A DNA stretch of 64,000 nt, taken from the sequence record PP886230.1; one strand, written 5' to 3'. Below, piece by piece: positions 1 through 12,334 of the stretch. The notes beneath the pieces are model-generated. The model made no database searches. It worked only from the letters and a program-made list of their open reading frames with translations, and was not told the origin of the DNA. The stretch's first letter is position 1. The number at the start of each line of letters is the position of its first letter. The translations under genes and the position numbers were made by a program.

Positions 1-848
1 CAAAGATACATACATTCTTAAATCAATGTCACCTATTACCGTGTTTCCTGAGAACCTATTCACTACATTAAAGAATAGTTTTATTGTGGGTGATATTGAT
101 GCATTCAAGTATTTTGACAAAGGTGCAAAACATTTTGAAATTCAATGTCTTAGTACTGCACTATGTGAACTCATTAAAATTTACATAAAAGAGTATTTGG
201 GTATTGACAATGTACGTGTACCAGAGTATACTTTTTCTATTGAATTCGATTGTGAATCAATCAAAGAGTTTGGAATTCTTTTCAATAAACAAATAGAACT
301 TGCAATTCAAAACGAAATCAAGTACTATACTACTAACATTTAATCAGAGGAAATTATCATGCAAATTATCATTCTTATCGTTGGCATCATGCTGGGTGTT
401 TACGGTCACTCCTGGATGAACGAGAAGTTTCCTAATACGCGTCCTGAGTATTGCAGTACTAATGTATTCCAGAATGGTGAGAAACCAAAGGAAAGCATTG
501 GTAAAAAGCTGGATAAAGTACTTGATGTGATCAATGAATAAGGGCCATAAAATGTTTAAACCGAATTCCAATGTTGGTAAGAAAGTTCAATTACTTGAAG
601 ATGTATCCACCATGAGTGGAATTTTCCCAAGAGGTCACATCATGACTATTATTGCCGAAACATCCCGTGGGTGGGATTTGGAAGATGCTGATGGTAATCG
701 CATCCTTGAGGCTGGATTCTATGGTCATCGTGAATATAAAATCGTTGATTAAGGATACAACATGACTTTAGAGATTGTCTTTGGTATTGTTAGCTTAGTC
801 GTCTGTGTGGGTTGGTTTGGGTATCTGATGATTTTTGGTGATTAATAC

Positions 849-876
849 TTGACATAAGATATCAGTACTGTATAAT
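849..876 (+). promoter_or_regulatory. sigma70 promoter TTGACA-16-TATAAT with AGTACT in the spacer
   Basis: Exact consensus hexamers at 849-854 and 871-876. The same design recurs at 5163, 15492 and 44259 and many times after 45.5 kb. Confidence 0.85.
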
Positions 877-1627
877 GTTTATATCAAACGAAATCCACTT
901 TAACAAATGATAGGAAATATTATGTCTTTTTCTAAAGAAGAACGTGACCTTATTAAAAAAGCAATTTGGTTTTATGCTAATGAAGGGAAGTGCGATGAAG
1001 AAAAAGCACGTGAACTGTGTAATATTCTTGAGAAGAAACAAGAACTGAAAGTGTATCGTATCCGTGATTTGGATGAAGGAGATCGTATTGTCCTAGCTGA
1101 AACAAAAGAAGAAGCAGAACAAATCTTCACTGATAAAAACGAAAATCCACATTGGATGGAAGAAGTCTGTGATGTTAAAAAAGGTACTTATATCGATTGA
1201 CAGTACTGAATAATAGCAGTATTATGTTTTATATAAAAGGGAATGCAGTGAAAGGAAAGACAGCATAATCGTACTCGTCACTGCGTTCCCGCCCTTTTAA
1301 ATTAAATGAGGAATTAACTATGTTTCAAACTAACACTCAAGGTTTTGTAATCATCGATTTGAATCAAAACAGCGGTCATTGGATGAAACCTACTGACGCA
1401 TGTATGCAGTTTGATTTCTTAGGTTACAAAATTAGTGTAAGTACTGGTGCTTCTGTACTGAGAGGTGGTTGTATCGTTGAACATCTGGTAACTGATCCAG
1501 AAGGTCGTGAGTATGAAATCGCAGGTTCAGTACAAGATGCCATTATGTTTGTATGTCAGCGTGAAATGAATGGTTCGAATTCAAATGCACTGACTCATGC
1601 TCTTTCTCAAGAAGTGGAGGTTCGTTA

Positions 1628-1873
1628 ATGAAATACATTGTAGCAGTACTCGTCGCATTTCTACTCACTGCATGTGATGCTTCTACCAAAGAACGTACAA
1701 GTGATTTTGTTCTACCTGCTGAATTAAAAGAAGCAGGGTGTAAGATTTATCGTATGCAACAAGATGGTGCTGGTGCGACTTTATACACTGTGTACTGTCC
1801 TAATGCAAATACAAGTACTGGATACACTAGCGGTAAAACACGAATCAACACTTCCGTAATTCATGGAGAATAA
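1628..1873 (+). CDS. Small lipoprotein
   Basis: Signal peptide with lipobox LTAC. Confidence 0.7.
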   Translation: MKYIVAVLVAFLLTACDASTKERTSDFVLPAELKEAGCKIYRMQQDGAGATLYTVYCPNANTSTGYTSGKTRINTSVIHGE

Positions 1874-2240
1874 CAATGAGCCTTGATACAACACGTGCAG
1901 CAGATTTATTAACTCGTCTGAATGATGAAGAATATCTTGCTGAGATAAAGTACAAGCTTGACAAACTTGTTCGAAGTGCTGAAGTAATTGAAGTTGAAGG
2001 TCACTTACCGATGGATCAATACCATAGGTTCAAGGAAGATATGGTTTATTATCCTAATGAAATTTGGATTGAGTGGCAACATTGGACTAACAAAACTCTT
2101 CGCATTGAAGGGTATTGTGTGAAGTATGAAAGTTCACCTGGTGATGTTACAAAAACTCTATCAATTTGGTGTACAAAAACAAATGAACTCGTTGAGGTGA
2201 ATTTGAATTATATGAATGGATTCCGTTGGGGTGATGTTAA

Positions 2241-2516
2241 ATGATTAAAAAACTCTTGACTGGAATCATTGTGTGCAGTACAATGTTTCTTACAGCATGT
2301 AATGATGACGGCAGGTTTAGTGCAAAAGACTTAGTTCGTCAGGATTGTACATTCACAGGTAAGTCTTTTATTAACGAGTATGAAATATGTACACAATCAG
2401 GTCGTATCTGTGGTGGTTGGGAAAAACGACAGGAGCGATTGTATGTATATGAATGCCCTGGACATCACAACAAAGTACTAAGCACACACAAACTTGTTTA
2501 TGATAAGGTTGAATAA
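2241..2516 (+). CDS. Small lipoprotein, Cys-rich
   Basis: Signal peptide with lipobox LTAC. Confidence 0.7.
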   Translation: MIKKLLTGIIVCSTMFLTACNDDGRFSAKDLVRQDCTFTGKSFINEYEICTQSGRICGGWEKRQERLYVYECPGHHNKVLSTHKLVYDKVE

Positions 2517-4358
2517 TGACTACCAATGAAATGATGCAGGTTATTTGGGATAAAGGTTGTGATATTAAAATCACTAGTACTGATGTTCGTGTATTCAAAA
2601 CTGAATATATGGAGTACTTGGACCTTGATACTTATAATAATATTGTATCAATTGAACACAAAGGTGCAGTACTGGAAACCATTGACGTAGTACTCAAGAA
2701 AGCTACCGACCTATTAGGAGTGGCAGTGTGAATAACAAAGAGTGGGAAGATTACCGCAAGAAGTGCAGGGAGTTTGATAAAGAACTTACTGGTACAGTGA
2801 ATGCAGTAATGTGGGTATCTGTAATTATTGCAGTTCTTGCGTTGGGTGCTATTATTATTAATAAATTATTCTAAGGCGAATATCATGTTTACTTTATATC
2901 TCGCAGTAGTTCTCACCAATGGTGAAATCACTCGTACTATTGGTGAAGGTGTATATAAAACACCAGACCAGTGCTACTCTGCCACTCATTGGCCTCGCGA
3001 TAGTGGGGATGAAACTCGCACTGAATTCAAATGCATGAAAGTAAAAGGTGATTTTGTTAACCTTAAGGTTATCGAGGCGAAATAATGGATATTAATGAGT
3101 TGTTGAAATTAGTGTTTAATCGTGAACGCCGCGATACAAGACCAATTGAATATCAAGATGTGATACGCATTGAAACTGATTTCTGTTATGGTAAAACAAC
3201 TCATGACCTTTTGAATCTCTCTGGAAAACGCTATGCTGATGTTTGTTTTTCAGAGAGAAGTGATGGTTCAGAAATAACGAGTACTGATATTGTTTGTTAC
3301 GCACGCAGTGCTGATAAATCTTATGAAATAGAACTTATATATTCCCCTAGTTCTAAAACAAATCATCACCGCCATATTTTATATGATGTTTATACACCAC
3401 CTGGTATTGCTGAATATTTTGTTATTGATTATAGTACTGAAGAAAATGTGTTTCAACAAAGTTTGATTCATAACTTTGAGGTGAATGATCCATTAGTACC
3501 AAAGTTGTTCAAACTACTTGACACCATAGATGTTGATTTTGAATTTGTTATGTGCATTAGAACTTCTTTATTCAATGAATTCATGGAACTTTTTAATATA
3601 TGAATAGATACTATGTTGTGTATGAACACGTCTCTGAATTTAATAACATACGCGGGTTTTCCAGAGTAGTCACCAAGATGGATGTATTCATTCGTGCTCT
3701 TAGTGAAGTAGATGCACTGTTTAAATTGTTTGATGAAATTACAAAGTATAACACACCTAAAACACACCGCTATGTGGAAACTGTACATAGCATTATGCTA
3801 ACTGAAAGTGATGAGGAATGATAAATGAATTTATATCTAGTTGAAGGTTTAGTACAAGTCTATAAACCAGAAGGTGAAGGTCAACGTTTTTCACACGTAG
3901 AAGAATTTAAGTACGTTGTACAGGCTGATGGTCAGTACGATGCGGAAATTCAAGTAGATGAATCATTCCGTAAGAAAAATGAAATTGGTAAATTTCAATA
4001 CCAGAACTTACAATATAAAGTATGGCCTAGTATAAATGACTAAGATGTGGTGGTGTCATGGTGTATATAACGTGTATGTAAATGGTAGATATAAAATGTC
4101 TAGTACCTATGCAAGACGTGTTAATGCGAACAACCAAGTTGATGCTGCTTGTGAGATCATTGAGTGGTATGCTGAGTTCAATGCACCTGACTATATGTAC
4201 GAAATAGTTACAATAAATGTTGTACAAATCGATACATCTTTGATACAATAACCACATCAAAAAAATTGCATCTGAGGATACTTATGTTAGTTAATCTTAA
4301 TTTCATCACTTCACCTGACTGGGCATTACGTGGAGTTTCTTTAAACTTCAAGGAAACT

Positions 4359-4946
4359 ATGTTTGACTACATTGGTGAGTGTACATTGGTAAATGCAACT
4401 TTTGATCCAAATCATCCGTTTTGGGCTGAAATTCATGATCCAAATGTAAACAACAATACATCTGTTATGACTATTGTCCAGACTAAACATGCAGGTATCC
4501 TTGCAGGTTATCGACCTGCACATGCAATTGAACACTTCACTGATTACGATGTCGTGGATGAATACCCAATGATCCATGAAGATGGAAGTCTATACACATC
4601 TGAAGACTTCCGTGCTATCTTTAATAGTACTGATGATATTCTACCAAGTGGACGTCCACGTCCTGAGTCTTATCTTATGCATCCATCTTATGGTGTAGCA
4701 GATACGCTTGAACAGATTATGAATAAGTACAAGAACCTAATTGAAGGTCCAGAAGAAATTGTCCTGTGCTATCACCCAGTACTGAAGTCTGAACAACCAA
4801 AGGATGGTGGATGGCGTTGGCATAAGAATGGTGAGTATATCGGTACTAAACGAAGTAAAGAACGTTTTGAGTACTTGTATGATGAGCCAGATGTTGATGT
4901 GGTTTTGTGTTATAATTTTATTAAGGTGAAAAAGAAATGTATCTAG
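4359..4946 (+). CDS. Conserved phage hypothetical protein (GGWRWHKxGxYIG motif)
   Basis: AGGA RBS before ATG 4359. Motif recognised from other phage proteins; function unknown. Confidence 0.65.
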   Translation: MFDYIGECTLVNATFDPNHPFWAEIHDPNVNNNTSVMTIVQTKHAGILAGYRPAHAIEHFTDYDVVDEYPMIHEDGSLYTSEDFRAIFNSTDDILPSGRPRPESYLMHPSYGVADTLEQIMNKYKNLIEGPEEIVLCYHPVLKSEQPKDGGWRWHKNGEYIGTKRSKERFEYLYDEPDVDVVLCYNFIKVKKKCI

Positions 4947-6391
4947 TACTAAGTTTTGTTGTTGCACTATTGTTTATGTTCTATCCTACACTAGTGGCAT
5001 TAGCCACTAGGCGAACGATGGTAGATCTCACTACTGTATTCTTGCTAAACGTGGCATTAGTACTGGTGTCTATTATCATTCCAGTGAGCTTTACAGTTAT
5101 TGATATTATTTCGGTATTACTCTTCGTGTTAAGTTATCTTATGCTTATTGAAGAAACAAATGTTGACAAACGTTCGTAGTACTGTATAATGGTTCCTGTA
5201 GTCTGAAACTTAACACTTAAACTTGAGGTAAAAAAATATGCTATCAGTACTAATTTCAATTCCGTCTTTAATTCTGATTTGGCTTCTGGTTTACGAATGC
5301 TTTATTACTGATGATAATGATAAAAAAGAGTTCTCTGAGTTGTTTATGCTTGATTCACCGATTGTGCGTATTTTCTATACAGTCGTTGTGGTTTCAGTAA
5401 TTGTATGGATTTTGAGTTTTATCTTCCCACTCGGTGCAGTAGTTAAAACTTTGGATTTAGTTGAGAACTTTGTTGCAATTATGTGGCTAATCAAAGCACT
5501 ATTTGCAGGAAATGTTAAAATTTGGATTGATATTATCAAATTCAAGTTCACGAATAAGATGTAACAGTGAAAATATCTCTATAGTATTAAATACTTCTGT
5601 ACATATATATAGTACAGAAGTATTTCTCGTTAGAGGTTTGTTATGAAGAGTTATATAAAATTAATAGCACTTGTGTGTGCATTATTTTCATGTTTTAGTT
5701 ATGGTGCAGCAGCAGAAACATATTGTCGTAGTACTAAGGGAACGTGGCATGTATTGACTAACGACCCTAGAAATGGTAAAAATATAGTTGTTGATGGTGT
5801 GATTTATCGTTTTAAAGTAGAAAGTATTATCGGTAATAAAAAAATCTCGACTTATAGAGATGATTCTGGTACATTAGCAAACGTAATATTAATTGTAGAC
5901 CCAAGAACTGGTAATGGTGATATCTATATAGTAATTTACTTGGACTCATCGGTACGCCGTGACCTAGATATAGATAAATTGAACTTACACTGTGAAATAT
6001 AGGACTTAAAAAAATGGTAAACACTATTTTACTTTTGTTGTTGAATATTCCAATTATTCTGTCTTTTTTAATTTCTATTTTTATGGCAGGATATTGTTTA
6101 GTTGCAGTAATTCATTTCATTTTAACAAACAAATATGTCCTAATTTCTAAGCTTGATTCTATTTTTGCTTGCGATTCGATTGCTTATAACTTGTGGTTAA
6201 TTTGTTCTTGCATTATGGGAGTAACTTTCCTTCTGTATGTATTTGATGTCCTTGACCAAAAGTTCGTATACATCAGTACTGGATTGGCTCTTTATCCTGC
6301 TACGTGGTACTTGATTTACGTTGGTGATATATGGTATAGTACTTATAAAGAATATCAGTACAAGAAATCACTTAACGTTGGAGGAAAATAA
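4937..6391 (+). other. Hydrophobic membrane-protein ORFs 4937-5179, 5238-5564, 6014-6391
   Basis: Multiple long hydrophobic stretches; RBS present. Confidence 0.7.
5643..6002 (+). CDS. Exported protein with signal peptide
   Basis: MKS start, hydrophobic core, AxA-type site; similar to 6394-6744. Confidence 0.7.
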   Translation: MKSYIKLIALVCALFSCFSYGAAAETYCRSTKGTWHVLTNDPRNGKNIVVDGVIYRFKVESIIGNKKISTYRDDSGTLANVILIVDPRTGNGDIYIVIYLDSSVRRDLDIDKLNLHCEI

Positions 6392-6393
6392 TC

Positions 6394-6744
6394 ATGAAAA
6401 TTATTTTATTTTTTGTATGTATGTTAATGTGTGGATTGTCATATGCTGAACCATTGGAAGGTTTAGTTTGTACAGATGGTAATATTAAACATATCTATCA
6501 AGGTGATAGTGACGATCGAGATATTGTATATATTGATGGACAATCATATACGTTTGTTAAAGAGCATACAGTAGGCGACATTAGCTTCACTGAGTTTTCT
6601 AACGACACAGACCCTAACTTCTTAGCGTTTATTGAAGTAGATGTATATGAAGATAGTAATGGCACACAATATGCTAAATTAGTTATGATGCGTCGTGGTG
6701 CTAAAGAAACTAGTTTTGGTGGCTTGTGTAAATATAAGGATTGA
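6394..6744 (+). CDS. Exported protein with signal peptide
   Basis: MKIILFF...SYA signal; GGAGG RBS. Confidence 0.7.
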   Translation: MKIILFFVCMLMCGLSYAEPLEGLVCTDGNIKHIYQGDSDDRDIVYIDGQSYTFVKEHTVGDISFTEFSNDTDPNFLAFIEVDVYEDSNGTQYAKLVMMRRGAKETSFGGLCKYKD

Positions 6745-6933
6745 TATTATGTTGATTTATCAAAGTGATAATATTCGTGTTATGCAGCATCCCTACTTAC
6801 AAATCTTTGATGTGCAGCAGTATATGGAAGGTGATGACCCAAGAACCTATGGTCGTAAGTATGATTACTTCACTGTAAAGCAGTGTAAAAATATTAACGA
6901 AGTACGACAATTAGTTCAAGAACTTCAAAACAA

Positions 6934-6966
6934 AGGTTGACTTCGGTCAGCCTTTTTTGTTATAAT
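6934..6966 (+). terminator. Intrinsic terminator (GGTTGAC-TTCG-GTCAGCC + U tract) whose stem carries the -35 of the next promoter
   Basis: 12 copies: ~6934, 10176, 10361, 11702, 12763, 17050, 18332, 20590, 53232, 57269, 60260, 62520. Confidence 0.85.
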
Positions 6967-6994
6967 TCTCTTAATAAATTAGAGGATTTTAATT

Positions 6995-9670
6995 ATGTAT
7001 GTATATCGTTTTGAACTTAAATTTAGTTACATTGAACCTAACTTAGATCCTGCACGAACTGTAGGTCCGTTTGCACGGTATTCAACTAGATACAGTACTA
7101 AAAATGGATTTGACCGTTTGCTTATGACTACACCTTCTCAATTCCAACCTGAACCAACTGAGGATGGGATCTATTCAATCAAAAGTGGATGGGTATTTGG
7201 CTGTCAAAGTTTGAAAGATTTGTTCAGATTCTTCACTATGGACTTGGGTAAATTGCATCGTGCTGGGTTTGCTATATCTGTATATGAAGTTCCAGACCAC
7301 CATGTAGACATTGGTCGTAATCAGGTTCAGTACTATTGCGGTAGTGCTAAATTAGTTCGTATCATGTCAGTTAAGGAAGCAAAGGATGAGTTCCGACAAA
7401 GTAAAAGAGAAACACATGAGGTAATATATGGATAAAACTCAAATAGAATTAAAGAAATTTGTTTCATTCTATTTTCCTGATGACCCACGTAATTCACAAA
7501 AAGATATTGAATATTATAATATCCTATCTAAACAGTTAATGAGAAAGTTTCAACAGTGTTTAACTATATTCAATACAGATGGAAGACGTAGATACCGAAT
7601 CGTTTCAATGAATGATGAAAACGCAAATTTCTTTGATTACGATGTAGTTTTTAGAGCATATAATGATGATCGTATAAAATTAAATTATGATCAAATTATA
7701 CTTGACCTGAATGTTATATGTGTTATAATCACTCACGTAGCCGAACTTAATGGTTTTAAAGAATGGTATTGAATAGAGGATAACATATGAAGCTTAAATT
7801 ACAATATAATGGATTTACTTTACGTAATGATACTGAATTTATTAATCGTTCTCCTGGTGCTGAACTGTTTTTACGAGAGATGAACATTCCTTTCATCATT
7901 ACTACAGTGGGCGACCGTGAAGTTCTACAATATGCAGAGCATCCGATTATTGATGTTCCTTGGTACTCTGAGCATATGTACATGGATATGGCACGTCGCT
8001 ACAACTGTAAGTTCGTAGTTGAAGGTGATAAAATTACAGTCGAATTTAAATAAGGTAAATTAAAAATGATCAGTACTTCAGTTAATGAAAGCATCGTCGC
8101 TGACGTAGAAATGGTTAAAGAATGTGCAGATGAAACTCTTCGTGATATGTACATTAATGATTTAATTACTGAATACGGTAGTCGTGGTGTACACGAATTT
8201 ATTCGTTTAAGTGGAGAGTTGATGAAAAATCGAATTCGTATGAAGCTTAACGTACATCCAAAAGCATGGGCATTTACATTAAAATACGCAGAAGATATTG
8301 TGAATTTGCGTCGAACTGAAGTATATGAACGTTTGCACAATGGTATGTTAGATAAATGATTGTAAAAAAGGAATTCTTAAATGAATTCCTTTTTGTTTAT
8401 AAGGTATAGTAATGAAATATATAGTACTTGTACTGATATTATTCAGTACTGTTGTAAGTGCTAAACAAAAAGAATATGTTAAATGTATAAATTATGAAGA
8501 GAAATATGTTGAAACATATAAAAAAAGTATAATTAAAAACGTTTCGATTACTAACAGAGCAACAATCATTGTACTTAAAAATGGGTTAATTATGCTATAT
8601 AAACCACACGTTAAATGTGAAATTATTAATTGAGGAAATTATGAATCGTAAAGGTCGTTTTAAAGTATCAAAAAAGAACAAAAGTTCTAGGTTTAAACCT
8701 ATTGTTTTAACAGTTAAATCTAACAAAGAATTAACTGCACTTAGTAAAAAGATAATTTCATCTAAGATTGAAGTATCATACGTAAATTCATTAAAATATA
8801 TGAATGTCAAACCACTGGACCAACTCATTTCACTTATATTTGAACGTAATGATTTTGAGATATCAGTAGATGATTATAGAGCCTATAATGCTGGTTTCAT
8901 TAATGTTACTTGTAATAAAAAACTAACTGAGTTGGAAAATTTGTCATGTATAATAAATCTAGATAAAGGTGTTGTGAAGTACCATTTTGTACATTTCACT
9001 AATATCAATAATGGAATGGGTGTACAATCCAGACCTATAGTGCCTACGTGTGATGTTACTAAATTAGCAAAGCTCAATGATGAAGAATATTTTCAAGAAA
9101 GCATTGTAACTGAGCATTTAGATGATATAATAGCTACTTACAAAGAATGCATATGGGTGTTGAATGCTATAAAACCTAAATTGTGTTTAATGAATATTGT
9201 TCGTGATTTATGAATGGGGAATCGTAATGAGTTGGGTAAATGTTAATAGTATTGAACTTAACGAACAAGATATTTTTGCATTTGTAAATTTAACTAATAA
9301 CACAGTACTAAAAGGGCGTTTGTTCAGTGCTAGTGATGGGTACAAATGGATCTCTTTGATGGATGATAGTGGTGTGATTTATAATGTAATGCAATTACCC
9401 CAATGGGTATATAGTAACACTGCTGACGATGTTCTTACCGCAGTTATGCGTGAGTTTGAAAAACTCCCAGGTGGTGATATCAAAAACAAAGTTTTTAATG
9501 CAGAACGTAAAAATTATACAGCACAGCAGTTGGAATCCCTTGCCATTGCTGCTTATCAAGCTGCTATTAAGAAGCCAGAGTGCGTTATTCTTAAGTATGT
9601 ACCAGACTTAAAACTTACGTTGGAAGACATGGATGCATTCATTTTTACATCTGAACTTGATCAGTACTAA
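6995..9670 (+). other. Hypothetical ORFs 6995-7435, 7428-7772, 7787-8053, 8066-8359, 8412-8633, 8641-9213, 9227-9670
   Basis: Co-oriented with RBS; no confident family. Confidence 0.7.
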
Positions 9671-9741
9671 TTTAACTTTGGGACAACCATTCTTATTATG
9701 ATATAATGTTTTATGTCATTCGATATAAATGACAACGGAAC

Positions 9742-9749
9742 TATAAATA
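9742..9749 (+). promoter_or_regulatory. T4-type late promoter TATAAATA
   Basis: Exact match upstream of ORF 9786; second exact copy at 10391-10398 upstream of ORF 10415. Confidence 0.65.
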
Positions 9750-9785
9750 TTATAGTAAAATTTATCTCTTATAGGAGTTATAAAA

Positions 9786-10169
9786 ATGGTTGATAAATGG
9801 AATAAGAAAGATCCATCACATGATGTTGATATTTCTGGTCTAGACAATGCACATAAGCACAAGTATCTAGATTCACTAGGTCTTCTAAAACCAGACCAAA
9901 GTCTTGCACATGATCGTCCATCCCGTGAAAAAGCATTTAGCCTAGAATCACTAGGTCATGAGCTTAATCGTGTGTTTGAGGATCACCCAATCTATGTACG
10001 TGATATTATCGAGAAACTTAAAGTAACTCCTAAAGAGCACTTTAAAGCAACTGTACACTCTGCATTCCGTGCATTACATGAATCTCTAAAGAAAACTCAC
10101 AATCTTCGTAAAATTCATGATGAAATCGTGAATGCAATCGAAAGTGAAAAACATAAGTTCAAGAAGTAA
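9786..10169 (+). CDS. Late protein, candidate internal head protein (paralog of 10415-11692)
   Basis: Late promoter; shares Y[LV]xSLGLL and a helical block with the next large ORF; FSLES motif. Confidence 0.55.
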   Translation: MVDKWNKKDPSHDVDISGLDNAHKHKYLDSLGLLKPDQSLAHDRPSREKAFSLESLGHELNRVFEDHPIYVRDIIEKLKVTPKEHFKATVHSAFRALHESLKKTHNLRKIHDEIVNAIESEKHKFKK

Positions 10170-10238
10170 TAAAAAGGGGTTGACTAAGGTCAGCCCTTTG
10201 TTGTATCATAAATTCTCAATATAACTGAGGTATCATAT

Positions 10239-10352
10239 ATGCAAGGTTTGAAATTTGTAGTTGCTGCACTCATCGCCGCAGTACTGGTTGGTGGTGTATT
10301 CTATGTAGTGGATCAAAAAGTAAATCCACCTGCACAAGAACAATCTAAGTAA
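10239..10352 (+). CDS. 37-aa single-pass membrane peptide (not in ORF track)
   Basis: GAGG RBS; MQGLKFVVAALIAAVLVGGVFYVVDQK... Confidence 0.6.
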   Translation: MQGLKFVVAALIAAVLVGGVFYVVDQKVNPPAQEQSK

Positions 10353-10414
10353 CAAAATAAGGTTGACTTCGGTCAGCCTTTTCTTTATACTATAAATATA
10401 GACATAGAGAAAAA

Positions 10415-11692
10415 ATGAAATCTATGGAGAGAAATCAAATGCCAAGTAATTTTACTGATAAAAATGGTGGTAACATGGCTGGTCACTCTGATAAATGGAG
10501 TGAACGCAACCGCCGTCCAAATAGTTATCAAGCAGGTCAAGGTTCACGTGGATCACGTAACCAAGGAACTGGTCTAGCTGGTAAAGCAAACGCAGAAGCA
10601 GGTGAAGTTAAGAGTACTGAGAACATGACTGAGCTAGAAAAGCTACGTTATGTTAATTCATTGGGACTTCTTAATGCTACACAAAAACAACGCCTAGCTG
10701 ATATGGAACGTGAAGAAAAAGAAAAATCTGCTCCTGCTAAAGAAGAACCAAAACAAGAAGCACCAAAGGCGGTTAACCCTGTCAAAGAACTGTCGGATAA
10801 GTTAGGTAAGATTTTTGCTAATAAACCACAACTTATCCAAGGTATTGTGAAAGAATTGCAATCTGTACCTAAAGAAGAATTAAAAGTCAAAGCACAAGCT
10901 GTGCTTGATGCAATGAGTGGAAATACCAGTACTGAACCAACTGAAGTATTCAGTACTATAATGCGTGCACTTGAAGGTACGCAACAAGGTGATGTGCCTG
11001 CACAAGAGGAAGTAAGTCTTGAAAGCGTACTTAAAACATTTGATAGTATTGGTAAAGAAGACCGTGCTAATGCTCAACAAGTTAAGAATGTACTAGCTAA
11101 GTTAGAAAACCGTCTGGAAGGTAAAGACGATAAGATTAAATTAGTATCTGATGCAGTTAACGATGCACTTAAATCTTATGTACAAGGTGAAAAGAGTCGT
11201 TTTGTAACTGCAATGGATGCTGCATTCAATACTATGAAAAAGTATGAAGCTGATCATGGTGAGAAGGTTACACGAGATGGTTATCTGATGCGTGATGATG
11301 AAGAAGGTGCAGTAGAACAGAACGATGTTCATTCAGACGAAGAAATTGATGACATGGAAGCTGAACTGTCACAAGACCGCCAAATGACTGAAAAATCCCA
11401 TAACGAACTACAGAAATTAATGCAATGGGTTGCAGATGTTGGTGAAAAAGCTGGTGCTGATAAGAAGAGTATAAACCGAAATCTTAGTTGGATTAAAGAT
11501 AAAGTTGGTAACAACGCTCGTAAACTACAAAAAGCGTGGACTGATGTAGTGAATGGTGCTGTTGACATTGATGTTGAATCCGGTGAGGCATATGATTATG
11601 CATTGACTACACTTGATGACTCTTTCCGTGATTACGAAAATGGAAATGTAACTCCTTGGGAAAAGGACATCATGAGCAAATACGGTAAATGA
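10415..11692 (+). CDS. Late charged helical protein, candidate internal head/ejection protein (start may be 10475)
   Basis: Late promoter at 10391; VSLES motif; low-complexity N-terminus. Confidence 0.55.
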   Translation: MKSMERNQMPSNFTDKNGGNMAGHSDKWSERNRRPNSYQAGQGSRGSRNQGTGLAGKANAEAGEVKSTENMTELEKLRYVNSLGLLNATQKQRLADMEREEKEKSAPAKEEPKQEAPKAVNPVKELSDKLGKIFANKPQLIQGIVKELQSVPKEELKVKAQAVLDAMSGNTSTEPTEVFSTIMRALEGTQQGDVPAQEEVSLESVLKTFDSIGKEDRANAQQVKNVLAKLENRLEGKDDKIKLVSDAVNDALKSYVQGEKSRFVTAMDAAFNTMKKYEADHGEKVTRDGYLMRDDEEGAVEQNDVHSDEEIDDMEAELSQDRQMTEKSHNELQKLMQWVADVGEKAGADKKSINRNLSWIKDKVGNNARKLQKAWTDVVNGAVDIDVESGEAYDYALTTLDDSFRDYENGNVTPWEKDIMSKYGK

Positions 11693-11763
11693 TAAAACAA
11701 AAGGTTGACTTCGGTCAGCCTTTTTTTGTAAATACAAAAGAGGAATTAAGAAGAGGGATTACA

Positions 11764-12325
11764 ATGAAAAAATATATTATATTTGGAATTGTATTATTTT
11801 CCAGTACTGCTTATGGTGCAGATTATCATTGCTCCGTAGCAAGGCAGGATTTCAGAAATGGGGAGTTCTATACTACCTCATACACAAAAGGAATAATACA
11901 CGACACCGACAGAACTATTGGATTTAATGCGTTTGACAACAAAGATTCATATACTTCAGGTATACTATCTGAGCGTAAGACTGATGTAATGGGAATAGAA
12001 AAAGAGTTCCGGTGATTCAGTAGCAATGTGCAATGGCATTGAAAGTACTAAAACAATTTATTATAATAATGAACGTAACTATCGTTTTCATAATTTAACC
12101 ACAAATAAAAGTTTACTATTTTACAATTGTAAAGAAGTAATACTCCCATCAGACAATAGCTGTACTCCAACTAATCAACCCCCAGCACAATGTAATACTC
12201 CCTCTGAACCTGATAAAAATAAAAAAGACAAAAAACCTTTAAAAGATAAAAAGAAAGATAAAAAACCTAATCCGTTTAAAAATAATAAACAAGCACAACC
12301 CGATATGACGTGTAAAATAAAATAA
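11764..12325 (+). pseudogene. Exported protein split by a single extra C at 12010
   Basis: Removing one C in GAGTTCCGGTGAT reads KEFGDSVAMCN and joins both ORFs into 186 aa. Confidence 0.7.
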
Positions 12326-12334
12326 GGATATATA

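Larger units (their letters stand above)
26..4251 (+). other. Run of small hypothetical phage ORFs (26-343, 359-541, 534-752, 922-1200, 1320-1628, 1876-2244, 2516-2731, 2728-2874, 2885-3085, 3085-3603, 3600-3821, 3825-4043, 4036-4251)
   Basis: Abutting or overlapping stop-start junctions and GAGG/AGGA RBS; no recognisable family. Confidence 0.7.

Noticed and set aside
1570-1585. tRNA T-arm-like GGTTCGAATTC
   Set aside because: It lies inside ORF 1320-1628 with no cloverleaf; no tRNA or rRNA gene was found in the window
5589-5625. LexA (SOS) box
   Set aside because: The CTG...CAG spacing is 15 nt, not the required 10
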